DNA of 64,000 nucleotides from an uncultured bacterium. GTDB taxonomy: Bacteria; Bacillota; Clostridia; Oscillospirales; Oscillospiraceae. Shown here piece after piece: positions 1 to 7,983 of the stretch (positions within the stretch are counted from its first letter, which is position 1; each line of letters begins with the position of its first letter). The stretch is from positions 11,414 to 75,413 of the forward strand of contig CAMCCC010000006.1 of the NCBI GenBank assembly GCA_945873205.1. Direction: 5' to 3'. Position numbers and translations under genes: made by a program. The notes below the pieces were generated by a model. The model ran no database searches. It was not told where the DNA came from and saw nothing but the letters and a program-made list of their open reading frames with translations.

Positions 1-816
1 GGCCGGGGCCTTGCCGCTTTCGCCGTCCAGCAGCTCCACCCGGGTCTCCCGGCCCAGCTCCTCCGCCGCCGAGAGCAGCGCCCGGCCGGCCCGGCGGGAC
101 AGGGCATAGATCTCGTTGTCGCCGGTCATGCTGTCCACCGTCAGGCAGACGGTGAGCTGCACATCTTTGCGCAGCAGAGCCAGCAGCACCTGCTGCTCCT
201 GACGGGTGAAGTCGATGAAGCCGTCCACATACACATGGGTGTTTTCATTCAGATTGCTCTTTTCAATCTGCCCGGCCAGCACCGTCAGCCGGTCCGCCGG
301 GTCGGCGTGGCCGTTGGCCACCACGGCGTTGTAGGCCTCCAGCACCAGAGCCAGGTCCTCCAGCTTTTCTCCCAGGCTGCCGCCGCATTCCCCGGTGGCG
401 GCAAGCAGGGCTTCGGTATCAATGGCGGCGGTTTTCAGCTCGTCCACCGCAGAGAGCAGCATGGCCTGCAGCTCCGCCCGGCGCTCCGCGGCGGCATAGA
501 CCTTCAGCCGGGGACCCAGCTCCTTCAGAGCCAGGGCCATGCACAGCAGCCGCCCGCCCTTGTCCAGCCAGGGCGCGCCGCTGCCGCCCAGCTGACTGGC
601 CATGCGCCGGGCAAGGCCGGTGAAGCTGAACACCTCGGCATAAAGGGAGAGGGCATCCCCGCAGCGGCGGCAAAGCTCCCGCTCCGCCTCATGGCTGTAC
701 TGCTCCGGCACCAGCAGAATCCGGCCGGGCTGGCCGCTGTCCACAGCCTGCTTGATTTCGTTTATGACGGCGGCGGTCTTGCCGGTGCCCGCCTTACCGA
801 TCATCAGTTTCAGCAC
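1..816 (-). CDS. addB: ATP-dependent helicase/nuclease subunit B (AddB/RexB), N-terminal ~272 codons; gene continues beyond window start
   Basis: Absent from the ORF track because there is no stop inside the window. My minus-strand translation from GTG 816 (GGAGG 8 nt upstream; alternative ATG 804) reads VLKLMIGKAGTGKTAAVINEIKQAV..GRILLVPEQYSHEAERELC. The Walker-A GKAGTGKT and LVPEQ pattern are typical of AddB N-termini. ORF 235..933(+) is its antisense shadow. Confidence 0.7.
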   Translation of the reverse strand, partial: MLKLMIGKAGTGKTAAVINEIKQAVDSGQPGRILLVPEQYSHEAERELCRRCGDALSLYAEVFSFTGLARRMASQLGGSGAPWLDKGGRLLCMALALKELGPRLKVYAAAERRAELQAMLLSAVDELKTAAIDTEALLAATGECGGSLGEKLEDLALVLEAYNAVVANGHADPADRLTVLAGQIEKSNLNENTHVYVDGFIDFTRQEQQVLLALLRKDVQLTVCLTVDSMTGDNEIYALSRRAGRALLSAAEELGRETRVELLDGESGKAPA

Positions 817-984
817 CTTTGTTCCCTCCTGCGTCGGGGATTTGTTTTCTGCTATTTTACCAAACTCCGCCCTCCATGGCAAGGTCACAATCAGGATGCC
901 CCGCCCTCCAAAGTCGTATCGCCGCTGTTATGACATTTTTCGCATCCAGATACAAGCAAAATGCGAAAAAATTTACTATTCGGT

Positions 985-1013
985 ATTGATTGCGGCGCAG
1001 CTGCGTAGTATAA
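985..1013 (+). promoter_or_regulatory. sigma-A type promoter of the aminotransferase gene
   Basis: TTGATT (985-990), 17-nt spacer, TATAAT (1008-1013), about 35 nt upstream of ATG 1049. Confidence 0.55.
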
Positions 1014-1048
1014 TTATAAAATCTTAATATGAGAAAAGAGGCCAATCC

Positions 1049-2242
1049 ATGAAGCTGTCATCCAAAATGGAGCGCTGCGGGCTCTCCCCCATGCGTAAGT
1101 TCAACCCTTACGCCAACGCAGCCGCCGAGCGCGGAATCAAGATTTACCATCTGAACATCGGCCAGCCCGATATTAAGACCCCCGATATTTTCTACAAGGC
1201 CATTGAGGAGTTCCATGACCCGGTTCTGTCCTACGCTCCCTCCAGCGGCGTTCCTGTGCTGGTGGATGCCGTCCGCGGCTACTATGCCCGCATCGGCGTC
1301 AAGCTGGAGCGGGGGGATATCCTGCCCACCACCGGCGGCAGCGAGGCCCTGCAGATGGTCATGGCCACCATTCTGGACGACGGCGATGAGATCATCATCC
1401 CGGAGCCTTTCTATCCCAACTACCACACCTCCGTCACTCTGGCCGGCGCCACCATTCACCCGGTGCCCACCAAGCCGGAGGAGGGCTATTCCTACGCCGA
1501 CCGGGCCAGTGTGGAGGCCTGCATCAATGAGCACACCCGGGCCATCATGATCACCAACCCCGGCAACCCCACCGGCGCTGTCCTGTCCGGGGACGAGCTG
1601 AAGCTGATGCTGGATATCGCCAAGGAGCATGAGCTGTTCATCATCTGCGACGAGGTGTACCGGGAGTTCACCTACGGCGGGGAGCCGCTGATGTCCGGCC
1701 TGCAGTTTGAAGGCTACGAGGACAATGTGATCGTCATTGACTCCGTCTCCAAGCGCTTCTCCGCCTGCGGCGCCCGGGTGGGTATGCTGATTTCCAAGAA
1801 CAAGGAGTTTATGGCTCAGGCCATGAAATGGTGCCAGTGCCGCCTGTGCTCCGCCACGGTGGATCAGGTGGGCGCCGCCGCCCTGTACTCCCTGGACCCC
1901 AGCTACTTTGACGAGATCCGTGAGGAATACCGCCACCGGCGGGACACCATGGTCAGCAAGCTGAAGGAGATTCCCGGCGTGGTCTGTGAGATGCCCAAGG
2001 GCGCCTTCTATGTAATGGCCGCCCTGCCGGTAGACGACACCGACAAGTTCCAGATGTGGCTGCTCAATGAGTATAACGACCATGGGGACACGGTGCTCTT
2101 TGCCTGCGGCGAACCCTTCTATGCCACCCCCGGCAAGGGCCGCAACGAGGTACGCCTGGCCTACACCATCAACGCCGAGGACATCACCCGCGCCATTGAG
2201 ATTCTTGGCCACGGCATTGAGGAATACAACAAGACCCACTGA
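1049..2242 (+). CDS. PLP-dependent class I aminotransferase (aspartate/aromatic aminotransferase-like)
   Basis: ORF track, 397 aa. Fold-type-I aminotransferase blocks are present: LNIGQPD, ITNPGNPTG, CDEVYREF, and SVSKRFSACGARVG (SxSK PLP-lysine motif). Confidence 0.85.
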   Translation: MKLSSKMERCGLSPMRKFNPYANAAAERGIKIYHLNIGQPDIKTPDIFYKAIEEFHDPVLSYAPSSGVPVLVDAVRGYYARIGVKLERGDILPTTGGSEALQMVMATILDDGDEIIIPEPFYPNYHTSVTLAGATIHPVPTKPEEGYSYADRASVEACINEHTRAIMITNPGNPTGAVLSGDELKLMLDIAKEHELFIICDEVYREFTYGGEPLMSGLQFEGYEDNVIVIDSVSKRFSACGARVGMLISKNKEFMAQAMKWCQCRLCSATVDQVGAAALYSLDPSYFDEIREEYRHRRDTMVSKLKEIPGVVCEMPKGAFYVMAALPVDDTDKFQMWLLNEYNDHGDTVLFACGEPFYATPGKGRNEVRLAYTINAEDITRAIEILGHGIEEYNKTH

Positions 2243-2256
2243 TCCTTCCATAAAAC

Positions 2257-2298
2257 CAAACGCCTTACCGATTGGGAAAATCGGTAAGGCGTTTTTTA
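2257..2298. terminator. bidirectional intrinsic terminator between convergent genes
   Basis: Stem cgccttaccga (2261-2271) pairs with tcggtaaggcg (2281-2291). It is flanked by an A-run upstream and TTTTTT downstream, so it can work on both strands. Confidence 0.75.
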
Positions 2299-3186
2299 TT
2301 TCAGTATTCTTCTGGCTTCAAAGCCGCCCTTTCGCTCGCTGAGGGGGGAGACCACGACCCCGGTGGCGGAGTCCTGGGCGTGGACATAGTTGCCATCCCC
2401 GATATAGATGCCGGAATGGCCGATGGTGCTGCCCTTGTAGAAGCAGAGCACATCGCCGGGCTCCAGGGCGTCGGCCTCCACATGGGTTCCGTTTCTGGCC
2501 TGGTCGGCGGCGGTGCGGTTCAGTTCATAGCCAAACTGCTGGTACACATAGTAGACAAGGCCCGAGCAGTCAAAGCCGGTCTCCGGGGATTTGCCGCCCC
2601 AAACGTAGTTATAGCCCACATATTGCTGGGCAAACTCCGCCACCTGCTGGCCGGTGGCATAGGTGGCGCTGGGATTTGCAGCGTCGGCAGCATCCGCGAT
2701 CTGGGAGGGCCCGGAATCAGGCGCCGGGGTAGGCGTAGGCGTGGGCACCGGGGTGGGGGCCGGGGTCATGTAGGGGATGGAGCCGGGGGTAGGCGCGAAC
2801 ATCCACTCCGGGTAGGGCGTAGGCGTAGGCACCGGCGTAGGCGCAGGTGTCGGTGTGGGCGTAGGGGTGGGCGTAGGGGTGGGTTTTGGAGTTGGGGTCG
2901 GTGTGGGCGTAGGTGTCGGCGTGGGCGTAGGTGTCGGACTCGGCTCTGCCGTAGGCGTTGGCGTGGGCGCCGGGGTAGGCGCCGGGGTGGGCGAAGGGCT
3001 TGCCGTCGCTTTCGGCCGCAGCGTGGGCTTGGGCGTGGGTTCCGGCGTCGGGGTCACCGTAGGCAGCGGCCCGATCTGCTCCATAAGCTCTGACAGCCCC
3101 TCCAGCTGCCGGGCCACGGAGGCCTCCTGGCAGCCGGTCAGCAGCAGCGCCCCGGCAAGTATGAAAATCAACAGGCTTTTTCTCAT
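2296..3186 (-). CDS. NlpC/P60-family peptidoglycan endopeptidase lipoprotein with long Pro/Thr linker
   Basis: ORF track, 296 aa. Lipoprotein signal [19 protein letters not shown] (lipobox LTGC), a ~120-aa TPTPTP linker, and a C-terminal catalytic core [12 protein letters not shown]...[15 protein letters not shown] (Cys/His). Confidence 0.85.
   Translation of the reverse strand: MRKSLLIFILAGALLLTGCQEASVARQLEGLSELMEQIGPLPTVTPTPEPTPKPTLRPKATASPSPTPAPTPAPTPTPTAEPSPTPTPTPTPTPTPTPTPKPTPTPTPTPTPTPAPTPVPTPTPYPEWMFAPTPGSIPYMTPAPTPVPTPTPTPAPDSGPSQIADAADAANPSATYATGQQVAEFAQQYVGYNYVWGGKSPETGFDCSGLVYYVYQQFGYELNRTAADQARNGTHVEADALEPGDVLCFYKGSTIGHSGIYIGDGNYVHAQDSATGVVVSPLSERKGGFEARRILK
2705..3070 (-). repeat. 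low-complexity tandem repeat DNA encoding the (T/A/V/K)P linker of the NlpC/P60 protein
   Basis: Reiterated ggcgtaggYgtRggc-type units on the + strand. The antisense frame gives the GVGVGV shadow ORF 2855..3202. Confidence 0.8.
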
Positions 3187-3228
3187 CTTCTGTGCTCCCT
3201 GAGTAAGTGCGGGCTTTGAGACAGCGTC

Positions 3229-3561
3229 TCAGTCACCGCAGTTGCCCTCCTCCGGCCTGGCAAATTCCCAGCCGTGCTCCAGCAGCCAATAGTGGTGCTC
3301 CTCCAGAGGCTGGGCCAGTTCTTCCTCGGTAAGGGCCACGTCCTGATGGTACCGGGCCTTCTTTCTGGTCTCATAGACCTTCAGGTCCAGCAGGCTGAAG
3401 GGCAGGCCCAGCTCCGCCGCCACCGGCAGCAGCACATGCTCCGCCACCGCCTCCCGAATCTCCAGAGAGCCGGGGTAGGCCGCCTCCGCCTGGCGCAGCC
3501 GCTCCTGCAGCGCCGGGTCAGCATCATAGATGGCAAAAAACTTTTCCACATTTTCGTACAT
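3229..3561 (-). CDS. small (110 aa) hypothetical protein with Nif11-like N-terminal helical domain
   Basis: ORF track 3229..3681(-), trimmed to the internal ATG at 3561 (GGAG RBS 8 nt upstream). The longer form would overlap the ABC gene and its terminator/promoter. G/C-rich third codon positions support coding. The N-terminus MYENVEKFFAIYDADPALQERLRQAE...AELGLPFSLLDL resembles the Nif11 domain pattern, from memory and not searched. Confidence 0.5.
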   Translation of the reverse strand: MYENVEKFFAIYDADPALQERLRQAEAAYPGSLEIREAVAEHVLLPVAAELGLPFSLLDLKVYETRKKARYHQDVALTEEELAQPLEEHHYWLLEHGWEFARPEEGNCGD

Positions 3562-3598
3562 ATTCTCAGCTCCGATTCCGTAGTTTCCGTATTTTTTG

Positions 3599-3627
3599 AT
3601 TATACTACAGTCACCCCCACTTGTCAA
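3599..3627 (-). promoter_or_regulatory. perfect consensus sigma-A promoter for the small Nif11-like gene
   Basis: On the minus strand: TTGACA (3627-3622), exactly 17 nt, TATAAT (3604-3599). It follows the ABC terminator immediately. Confidence 0.65.
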
Positions 3628-3656
3628 AAATCCCGGCAGCCCAAAGGCTGCCGGGA
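3626..3656 (-). terminator. intrinsic terminator of the MarR-ABC-ABC operon
   Basis: Minus strand: CCCGGCAGCC-TTTG-GGCTGCCGGG (3655-3632) followed by ATTTTT. It lies 12 nt after the ABC stop at 3668. Confidence 0.75.
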
Positions 3657-3667
3657 TTAAATATAGC

Positions 3668-5617
3668 TTATTCCAGTTCAAAAGCGCCGGTGTAGAGCCG
3701 GTAATAGGTGCCCTTTTCCTCGATCAGCTTCTGGTGGCTGCCCCGCTCGATGATGCGGCCATGGTCCAGCACCATGATCACATCGCTGTTGCGGACGGTG
3801 GAGAGCCGGTGGGCAATGACGAATACGGTCCTGCCCTCCATCAGCTTATCCATGCCCTGCTGGACGATGGCCTCGGTGCGGGTATCGATGGAGGAGGTGG
3901 CCTCGTCCAGGATCATCACCGGGGGATCGGCCACGGCGGCCCGGGCAATGGCCAGCAGCTGGCGCTGGCCCTGGGACAGGTTGGCGCCGTTGTTCTCCAG
4001 CATGGTGTCATAGCCTTCCGGCAGGCGGCTGATGAAGTCGTCGGCCCCGGCCAGCTTTGCCGCCGCTATGCAGTCGTCGTCGCTGGCGTCCAGGCGGCCG
4101 TAGCGGATGTTCTCCATGACGGTGCCGGTGAAGAGCACCGTGTCCTGCAGCACCAGACCCAGGGAGCGGCGCAGGTCCGCCTTTTTGATCTTGTTGATGT
4201 TGATGCCGTCGTAGCGGATTTTGCCGTCGGCAATGTCATAGAAGCGGTTGATCAGGTTGGTGATGGTGGTCTTGCCCGCGCCGGTGGCGCCTACAAAGGC
4301 CACCTTCTGGCCCGGCTCGGCATAGACGCTGACGTCGTGGAGCACAGGTTTTCCCTCTTCATAGGCAAAGTCCACATCCGTCATGCGCACGTCGCCCCGC
4401 AGGGGGGTATAGGTCAGGCTGCCGTCCCCATGGGGATGCCGCCAGGCCCAGTGGCCGGTGTGCTCCTCTGTTTCAGTCATGGTGCCGTCGTCCGCCACCT
4501 TCACGTTCACCAGGGTCACATAGCCCTCGTCCGTCTCCGGCTGCTCCGCCATCAGCGCCATGACACGGCTGGCGCCGGCGCTGGCCATAACGATGGCGTT
4601 GATCTGCTGGCTGAGGGTGTTCACGTTGCCGGTGAATTGCTTGGCCATGTTCAGGAAGGGCACCAGGATGCTGATGGAGAAGGCCTTGCCGGAAAAGCTG
4701 AGGTTGGGCACGCCCGTCAGCAGGAACACGCCCCCTGCCAGGGCCAGGGCCACATAGAGGATATTGCCGATGTTGCCGATGATGGGGCCCAGCACGTTGG
4801 CATAGGCGTGGGCACGGAAGCTGTCCTCACACAGGGCGTTGTTGACCCGGTCGAAGTCCTCAATGCTCTGCTGCTCATGGCAGAAGACCTTGACCACCTT
4901 CTGGCCGTTCATCATTTCCTGGATGAAGCCCTCGGTCTTGGCCACCGATTGCTGCTGGCGCAGGAAGTATTTGGCAGAGCCGCCGCCCACCTTCTTGGCC
5001 ACCAGGAACATGGCAACCACGCCCAGCAGCAGCACCAGGGTCATCCATACGCTGAAGTACAGCATGATGGCAAAAACCACCAGCACAATGGCCCCGGACT
5101 GGATCAGGGAGGGGATGCTCTGGCTCACCAGCTGGCGGAGGGTATCGATGTCGTTGGTGTAATGGCTCATGATATCGCCGTGCTGATGGGTGTCAAAATA
5201 GCGGATGGGCAGGTCCTGCATGCCGTTGAAAACTTCCTTCCGCAGCTTATCCAGGAAGCCCTGGGTCATGTAGGCCATCAGCTGGGTATAGATCAGCATG
5301 GAAATCAGGGACAGCAGATACAGCACTGCCAGCAGGCCGATATAGGGCATGATCTCCGCCCTGGCAGCCAGCCAGTCCCGACTCACATACCATTTCTCGA
5401 TAACAGACAGCACGTTCTGTACAAACAGTGAGGGAATGGAGGACACCACGGAGGAGAACAGAATGCACAGCATGGTCAGCGGCGCCAGCACCGGGTAGTA
5501 GCCGAAGAACTTCTTCACCACCGCGCCCAGGGCCGAGAAATTGGCCTGGGGCCGCCCGCCGCCTGCACCTGCACCATGAGGGCCGCCATGAGGGCCGTGT
5601 TTATTCATTCTCCTCAC
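3668..5617 (-). CDS. ABC exporter, fused permease/ATPase, canonical-site half of a heterodimer
   Basis: ORF track, 649 aa, with an N-terminal 6-TM-type domain. Walker A GATGAGKTT, Walker B plus catalytic Glu VMILDEATSSID, and a deviant signature LSQGQRQ. Confidence 0.85.
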   Translation of the reverse strand: MRRMNKHGPHGGPHGAGAGGGRPQANFSALGAVVKKFFGYYPVLAPLTMLCILFSSVVSSIPSLFVQNVLSVIEKWYVSRDWLAARAEIMPYIGLLAVLYLLSLISMLIYTQLMAYMTQGFLDKLRKEVFNGMQDLPIRYFDTHQHGDIMSHYTNDIDTLRQLVSQSIPSLIQSGAIVLVVFAIMLYFSVWMTLVLLLGVVAMFLVAKKVGGGSAKYFLRQQQSVAKTEGFIQEMMNGQKVVKVFCHEQQSIEDFDRVNNALCEDSFRAHAYANVLGPIIGNIGNILYVALALAGGVFLLTGVPNLSFSGKAFSISILVPFLNMAKQFTGNVNTLSQQINAIVMASAGASRVMALMAEQPETDEGYVTLVNVKVADDGTMTETEEHTGHWAWRHPHGDGSLTYTPLRGDVRMTDVDFAYEEGKPVLHDVSVYAEPGQKVAFVGATGAGKTTITNLINRFYDIADGKIRYDGININKIKKADLRRSLGLVLQDTVLFTGTVMENIRYGRLDASDDDCIAAAKLAGADDFISRLPEGYDTMLENNGANLSQGQRQLLAIARAAVADPPVMILDEATSSIDTRTEAIVQQGMDKLMEGRTVFVIAHRLSTVRNSDVIMVLDHGRIIERGSHQKLIEEKGTYYRLYTGAFELE

Positions 5618-7349
5618 CTCCCTTGTTCTGCTGCTGGTAAATCTCCCGATAGATGGGGCTGCGCTCCATCAGGCTCTGATGGTCGCCCATGTCCGCAATG
5701 CGTCCGTTTTCCATGACGATGATCAGGTCCGCGTCCTGGACGGAGGCAATGCGCTGGGCAATAATGATCTTGGTGGTCTCCGGGATGTATTTGCGGAAGC
5801 CCTCCCGGATCAGGGCGTCGGTATGGGTGTCCACGGCACTGGTGGAGTCGTCCAGAATCAGAATCTTGGGCTTTTTCAGCAGGGCCCGGGCAATGCACAG
5901 CCGCTGCTTCTGGCCGCCGGAGACATTGGCGCCGCCCTGCTCGATCCAGGTGTCATAGCCGTCGGGGAAGGAACGGATAAAATCATCGGCCTGGGCCAGG
6001 CGGCAGGCCTCCTCCATCTCCTGGTCCGTGGCATTTTCGTTGCCCCAGCGCAGATTGTCTTTGATGGTGCCGGAGAACAGCTGGTTCTTCTGCAGCACCA
6101 TGGACACGGCGGAGCGCAGGGTGTCCAGGTCATAGTCCCGCACATCCACGCCGCCCACCTTCACGCTGCCCTCGGTGGCGTCATAAAGCCGGGGAATCAG
6201 CTGCACCAGGGTGGACTTACCGGCGCCGGTGCCGCCCAGCACGCCCACGGTCATGCCGGAGGCAATGTGGAGGTTGATGTTCTCCAGGGAGCTGCGCCGG
6301 GCCTTTCTGCTGTATTTGAAGCTGACATTCTCAAACTCCACGGAGCCGTCGGCCACGGTGGTCACAGGTTCCGCCGGGTTGTGGAGATTGCTCTCCTCAT
6401 CCAGCACCTGGCAGATACGCTTGGCCGACTCGGCAGACATGGTAAGCATCACATAGATCATGGAGATCATCATCAGGCTCATCAGAATCTGCATGCCATA
6501 GGTCAGCATGGCGGAGATCTGGCCCACATCGATGGTGGTTCCGCCGGAGCTGATGATCAGCTTGGAGCCTACCGTCAGCACAAACAGCATATTGAAGTAT
6601 ACGCAAAACTGCATCAGCGGGGAGTTCAGCGCCACGATCCGCTCGGCCCTGGTGAAGTCGGCGCAGATATCCTCAGAGGCGGCGGCAAATTTTTTCTTCT
6701 CATAGTCCTCCCGGGTGAAGCCCTTGACCACCCGCATGGCCCGGACATTTTCCTCGATGGACTCGTTCAGTTTGTCGTACTTATTAAAGACCGCCCGGAA
6801 CGCCGGCATGGCCTTGCGGGCAATCATCACCAGCCCAAAGACCAGCACCGGGATTACAATCACGAAGGTGGTGGCCAGCTTGCCGCCCATGATATAGGCC
6901 ATGACAATGGCAAAGACAAAGATCAGCGGCGCACGGACAGCAATGCGGATCACCATCATGAAGGCCATCTGCACATTGTTCACGTCCGTGGTCATCCGGG
7001 TCACCAGAGAGGCGGAGGAAAAGCGGTCGATATTCTCAAAGGAGAAGCCCTGCACCCGGGTAAAAATATCCCGGCGCAGGTTTTTACCGAAGCCGGCAGA
7101 GGCCTTGGCACAGGTAACGCCCCCCAGGCCGCCGCACGCCAGGGAGACCATCGCCATGGCCAGCAGCACAAGCCCGGTTTTCAGCACCTCGGTCATGGGC
7201 GCCCCGGCCTTGATATTGTTCACCATGTCGGCCGTAATAAAGGGAATCAGCACCTCAAAGAACACCTCGCCCACCATCAGCAGCAGGGTCAGCAGGGTGG
7301 GGGTCTTATATTCCCGGATGCTTCCGGCAAGTTTTCTGATCATTTTCAT
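5601..7349 (-). CDS. ABC exporter, fused permease/ATPase, degenerate-site half of a heterodimer
   Basis: ORF track, 582 aa. Walker A GGTGAGKST, canonical signature VSGGQKQR, and Walker B ILILDDSTSAVD with Asp in place of the catalytic Glu. It overlaps the downstream partner by 17 nt. Confidence 0.85.
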   Translation of the reverse strand: MKMIRKLAGSIREYKTPTLLTLLLMVGEVFFEVLIPFITADMVNNIKAGAPMTEVLKTGLVLLAMAMVSLACGGLGGVTCAKASAGFGKNLRRDIFTRVQGFSFENIDRFSSASLVTRMTTDVNNVQMAFMMVIRIAVRAPLIFVFAIVMAYIMGGKLATTFVIVIPVLVFGLVMIARKAMPAFRAVFNKYDKLNESIEENVRAMRVVKGFTREDYEKKKFAAASEDICADFTRAERIVALNSPLMQFCVYFNMLFVLTVGSKLIISSGGTTIDVGQISAMLTYGMQILMSLMMISMIYVMLTMSAESAKRICQVLDEESNLHNPAEPVTTVADGSVEFENVSFKYSRKARRSSLENINLHIASGMTVGVLGGTGAGKSTLVQLIPRLYDATEGSVKVGGVDVRDYDLDTLRSAVSMVLQKNQLFSGTIKDNLRWGNENATDQEMEEACRLAQADDFIRSFPDGYDTWIEQGGANVSGGQKQRLCIARALLKKPKILILDDSTSAVDTHTDALIREGFRKYIPETTKIIIAQRIASVQDADLIIVMENGRIADMGDHQSLMERSPIYREIYQQQNKGGEENE

Positions 7350-7803
7350 CGCATCCTTTCTTGCAGGTTTGGAACGCGTTATCCAGCATCACGTCCAGAA
7401 TCTCCCACAGGGTTTCCAGCTGCTGCCGGCTCAGGCCCCGGCTCAGCTCTTCCAGAATGGCTTCATCCATGCAGCTCAGCTCCTGCCGCAGCTGCCGGGA
7501 CTTCTCCGTGGAGGAGATGCATTTGTGCCGCCGGTCATGGCTGCTCTGGCAGCAGCAGACGAAGCCCTTCCGCTCCAGCCGCTTGAGAATTTCGGTCATG
7601 GTGGGGTGGGTCACATGGCTGGCTTTTTCCAGGTCCCGCTGGTTCACCTCGGCAGCGCCGGAGGCTTCCAGCCGCTCCAGTTCTTTCAGCACCCCCAGCT
7701 GCACCCCGGTCAGGTCTTTTTCCAGCAGCCTTTCATCCAACTGCCGCTTGAAGGTCCGGCCAAGGATGGAAAAACGCATCCCATAGGGCAGGTCGTGTTT
7801 CAT
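7306..7803 (-). CDS. MarR-family transcriptional regulator
   Basis: ORF track, 165 aa. Winged-HTH pattern GVQLGVLKELER...QRDLEKASHVTHPTMTEILKRLERKGFV...DRR. It is the first gene of the ABC operon and overlaps the ABC start. Confidence 0.8.
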   Translation of the reverse strand: MKHDLPYGMRFSILGRTFKRQLDERLLEKDLTGVQLGVLKELERLEASGAAEVNQRDLEKASHVTHPTMTEILKRLERKGFVCCCQSSHDRRHKCISSTEKSRQLRQELSCMDEAILEELSRGLSRQQLETLWEILDVMLDNAFQTCKKGCDENDQKTCRKHPGI

Positions 7804-7825
7804 GGCTTCACCTTCTTTTTATTAG

Positions 7826-7867
7826 GTAGTGCACTACGTATTTTATCAGGCTTTTCCGCAAAGTCAA
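7826..7867 (-). promoter_or_regulatory. marR-operon promoter with a palindromic operator over the predicted transcription start
   Basis: Minus strand: TTGACT (7867-7862), 16 nt, TAAAAT (7845-7840), then 2 nt later the perfect 12-bp palindrome GTAGTGCACTAC (7826-7837). Confidence 0.55.
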
Positions 7868-7983
7868 GGGAAAAGCGCTACAAAAAGGCCGGGGCTGCCC
7901 GGGCGGAATTTCATGCAGTTTCACGGCAGGATATTGACAAACTGTGAAGGATTTGCTACAAATTGTGAATACGAGGTGATGTT

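Noticed and set aside
235-933. ORF 235..933(+) (232 aa) at the window start.
   Set aside because: It is antisense to the addB N-terminus, which has a Walker A motif, an RBS and good codon bias. The + frame product has no recognisable features.
935-969. Inverted repeat TTTTTCGCAT-15 nt-ATGCGAAAAA between addB and the aminotransferase promoter; considered as a terminator or operator.
   Set aside because: It is not downstream of any gene on either strand, since both flanking genes diverge from it. It is AT-rich with a large loop, and I have no supporting context. It might be a regulator site, but the evidence is too thin to call.
2855-3202. ORF encoding [10 protein letters not shown]... and the underlying periodic DNA; briefly considered as a repeat array or CRISPR-like element.
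   Set aside because: It is the reverse complement of the TPTPTP linker of the NlpC/P60 gene. The units are 6-12 nt with no spacers, so it is not a CRISPR array.
3187-3228. c-di-AMP (ydaO/kimA-type) riboswitch, which often precedes NlpC/P60 genes.
   Set aside because: Only 42 nt separate the NlpC/P60 start from the preceding ORF, far too short for that aptamer. The preceding 333 nt have clear coding bias.
3562-3681. Longer form of the small Nif11-like ORF starting at 3681.
   Set aside because: It would overlap the ABC stop and include that operon's terminator and the TTGACA/TATAAT promoter. The internal ATG 3561 has an RBS.
3596-7586. Very long + strand ORFs (3596..5431, 611 aa; 5679..7586, 635 aa) opposite the ABC genes. 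Similar giants occur elsewhere: 1058..2251(-), 12835..14955(+), 32205..34601(+), 34725..37001(+), 43464..45434(-), 46792..48648(-), 50474..51781(-), 51846..53372(-).
   Set aside because: These are antisense shadow ORFs typical of GC-rich DNA. Their translations are low-complexity and rich in G/A/R/H/Q/L with no motifs. The opposite strand in each case encodes a protein with unmistakable family hallmarks and proper RBS and terminator signals.
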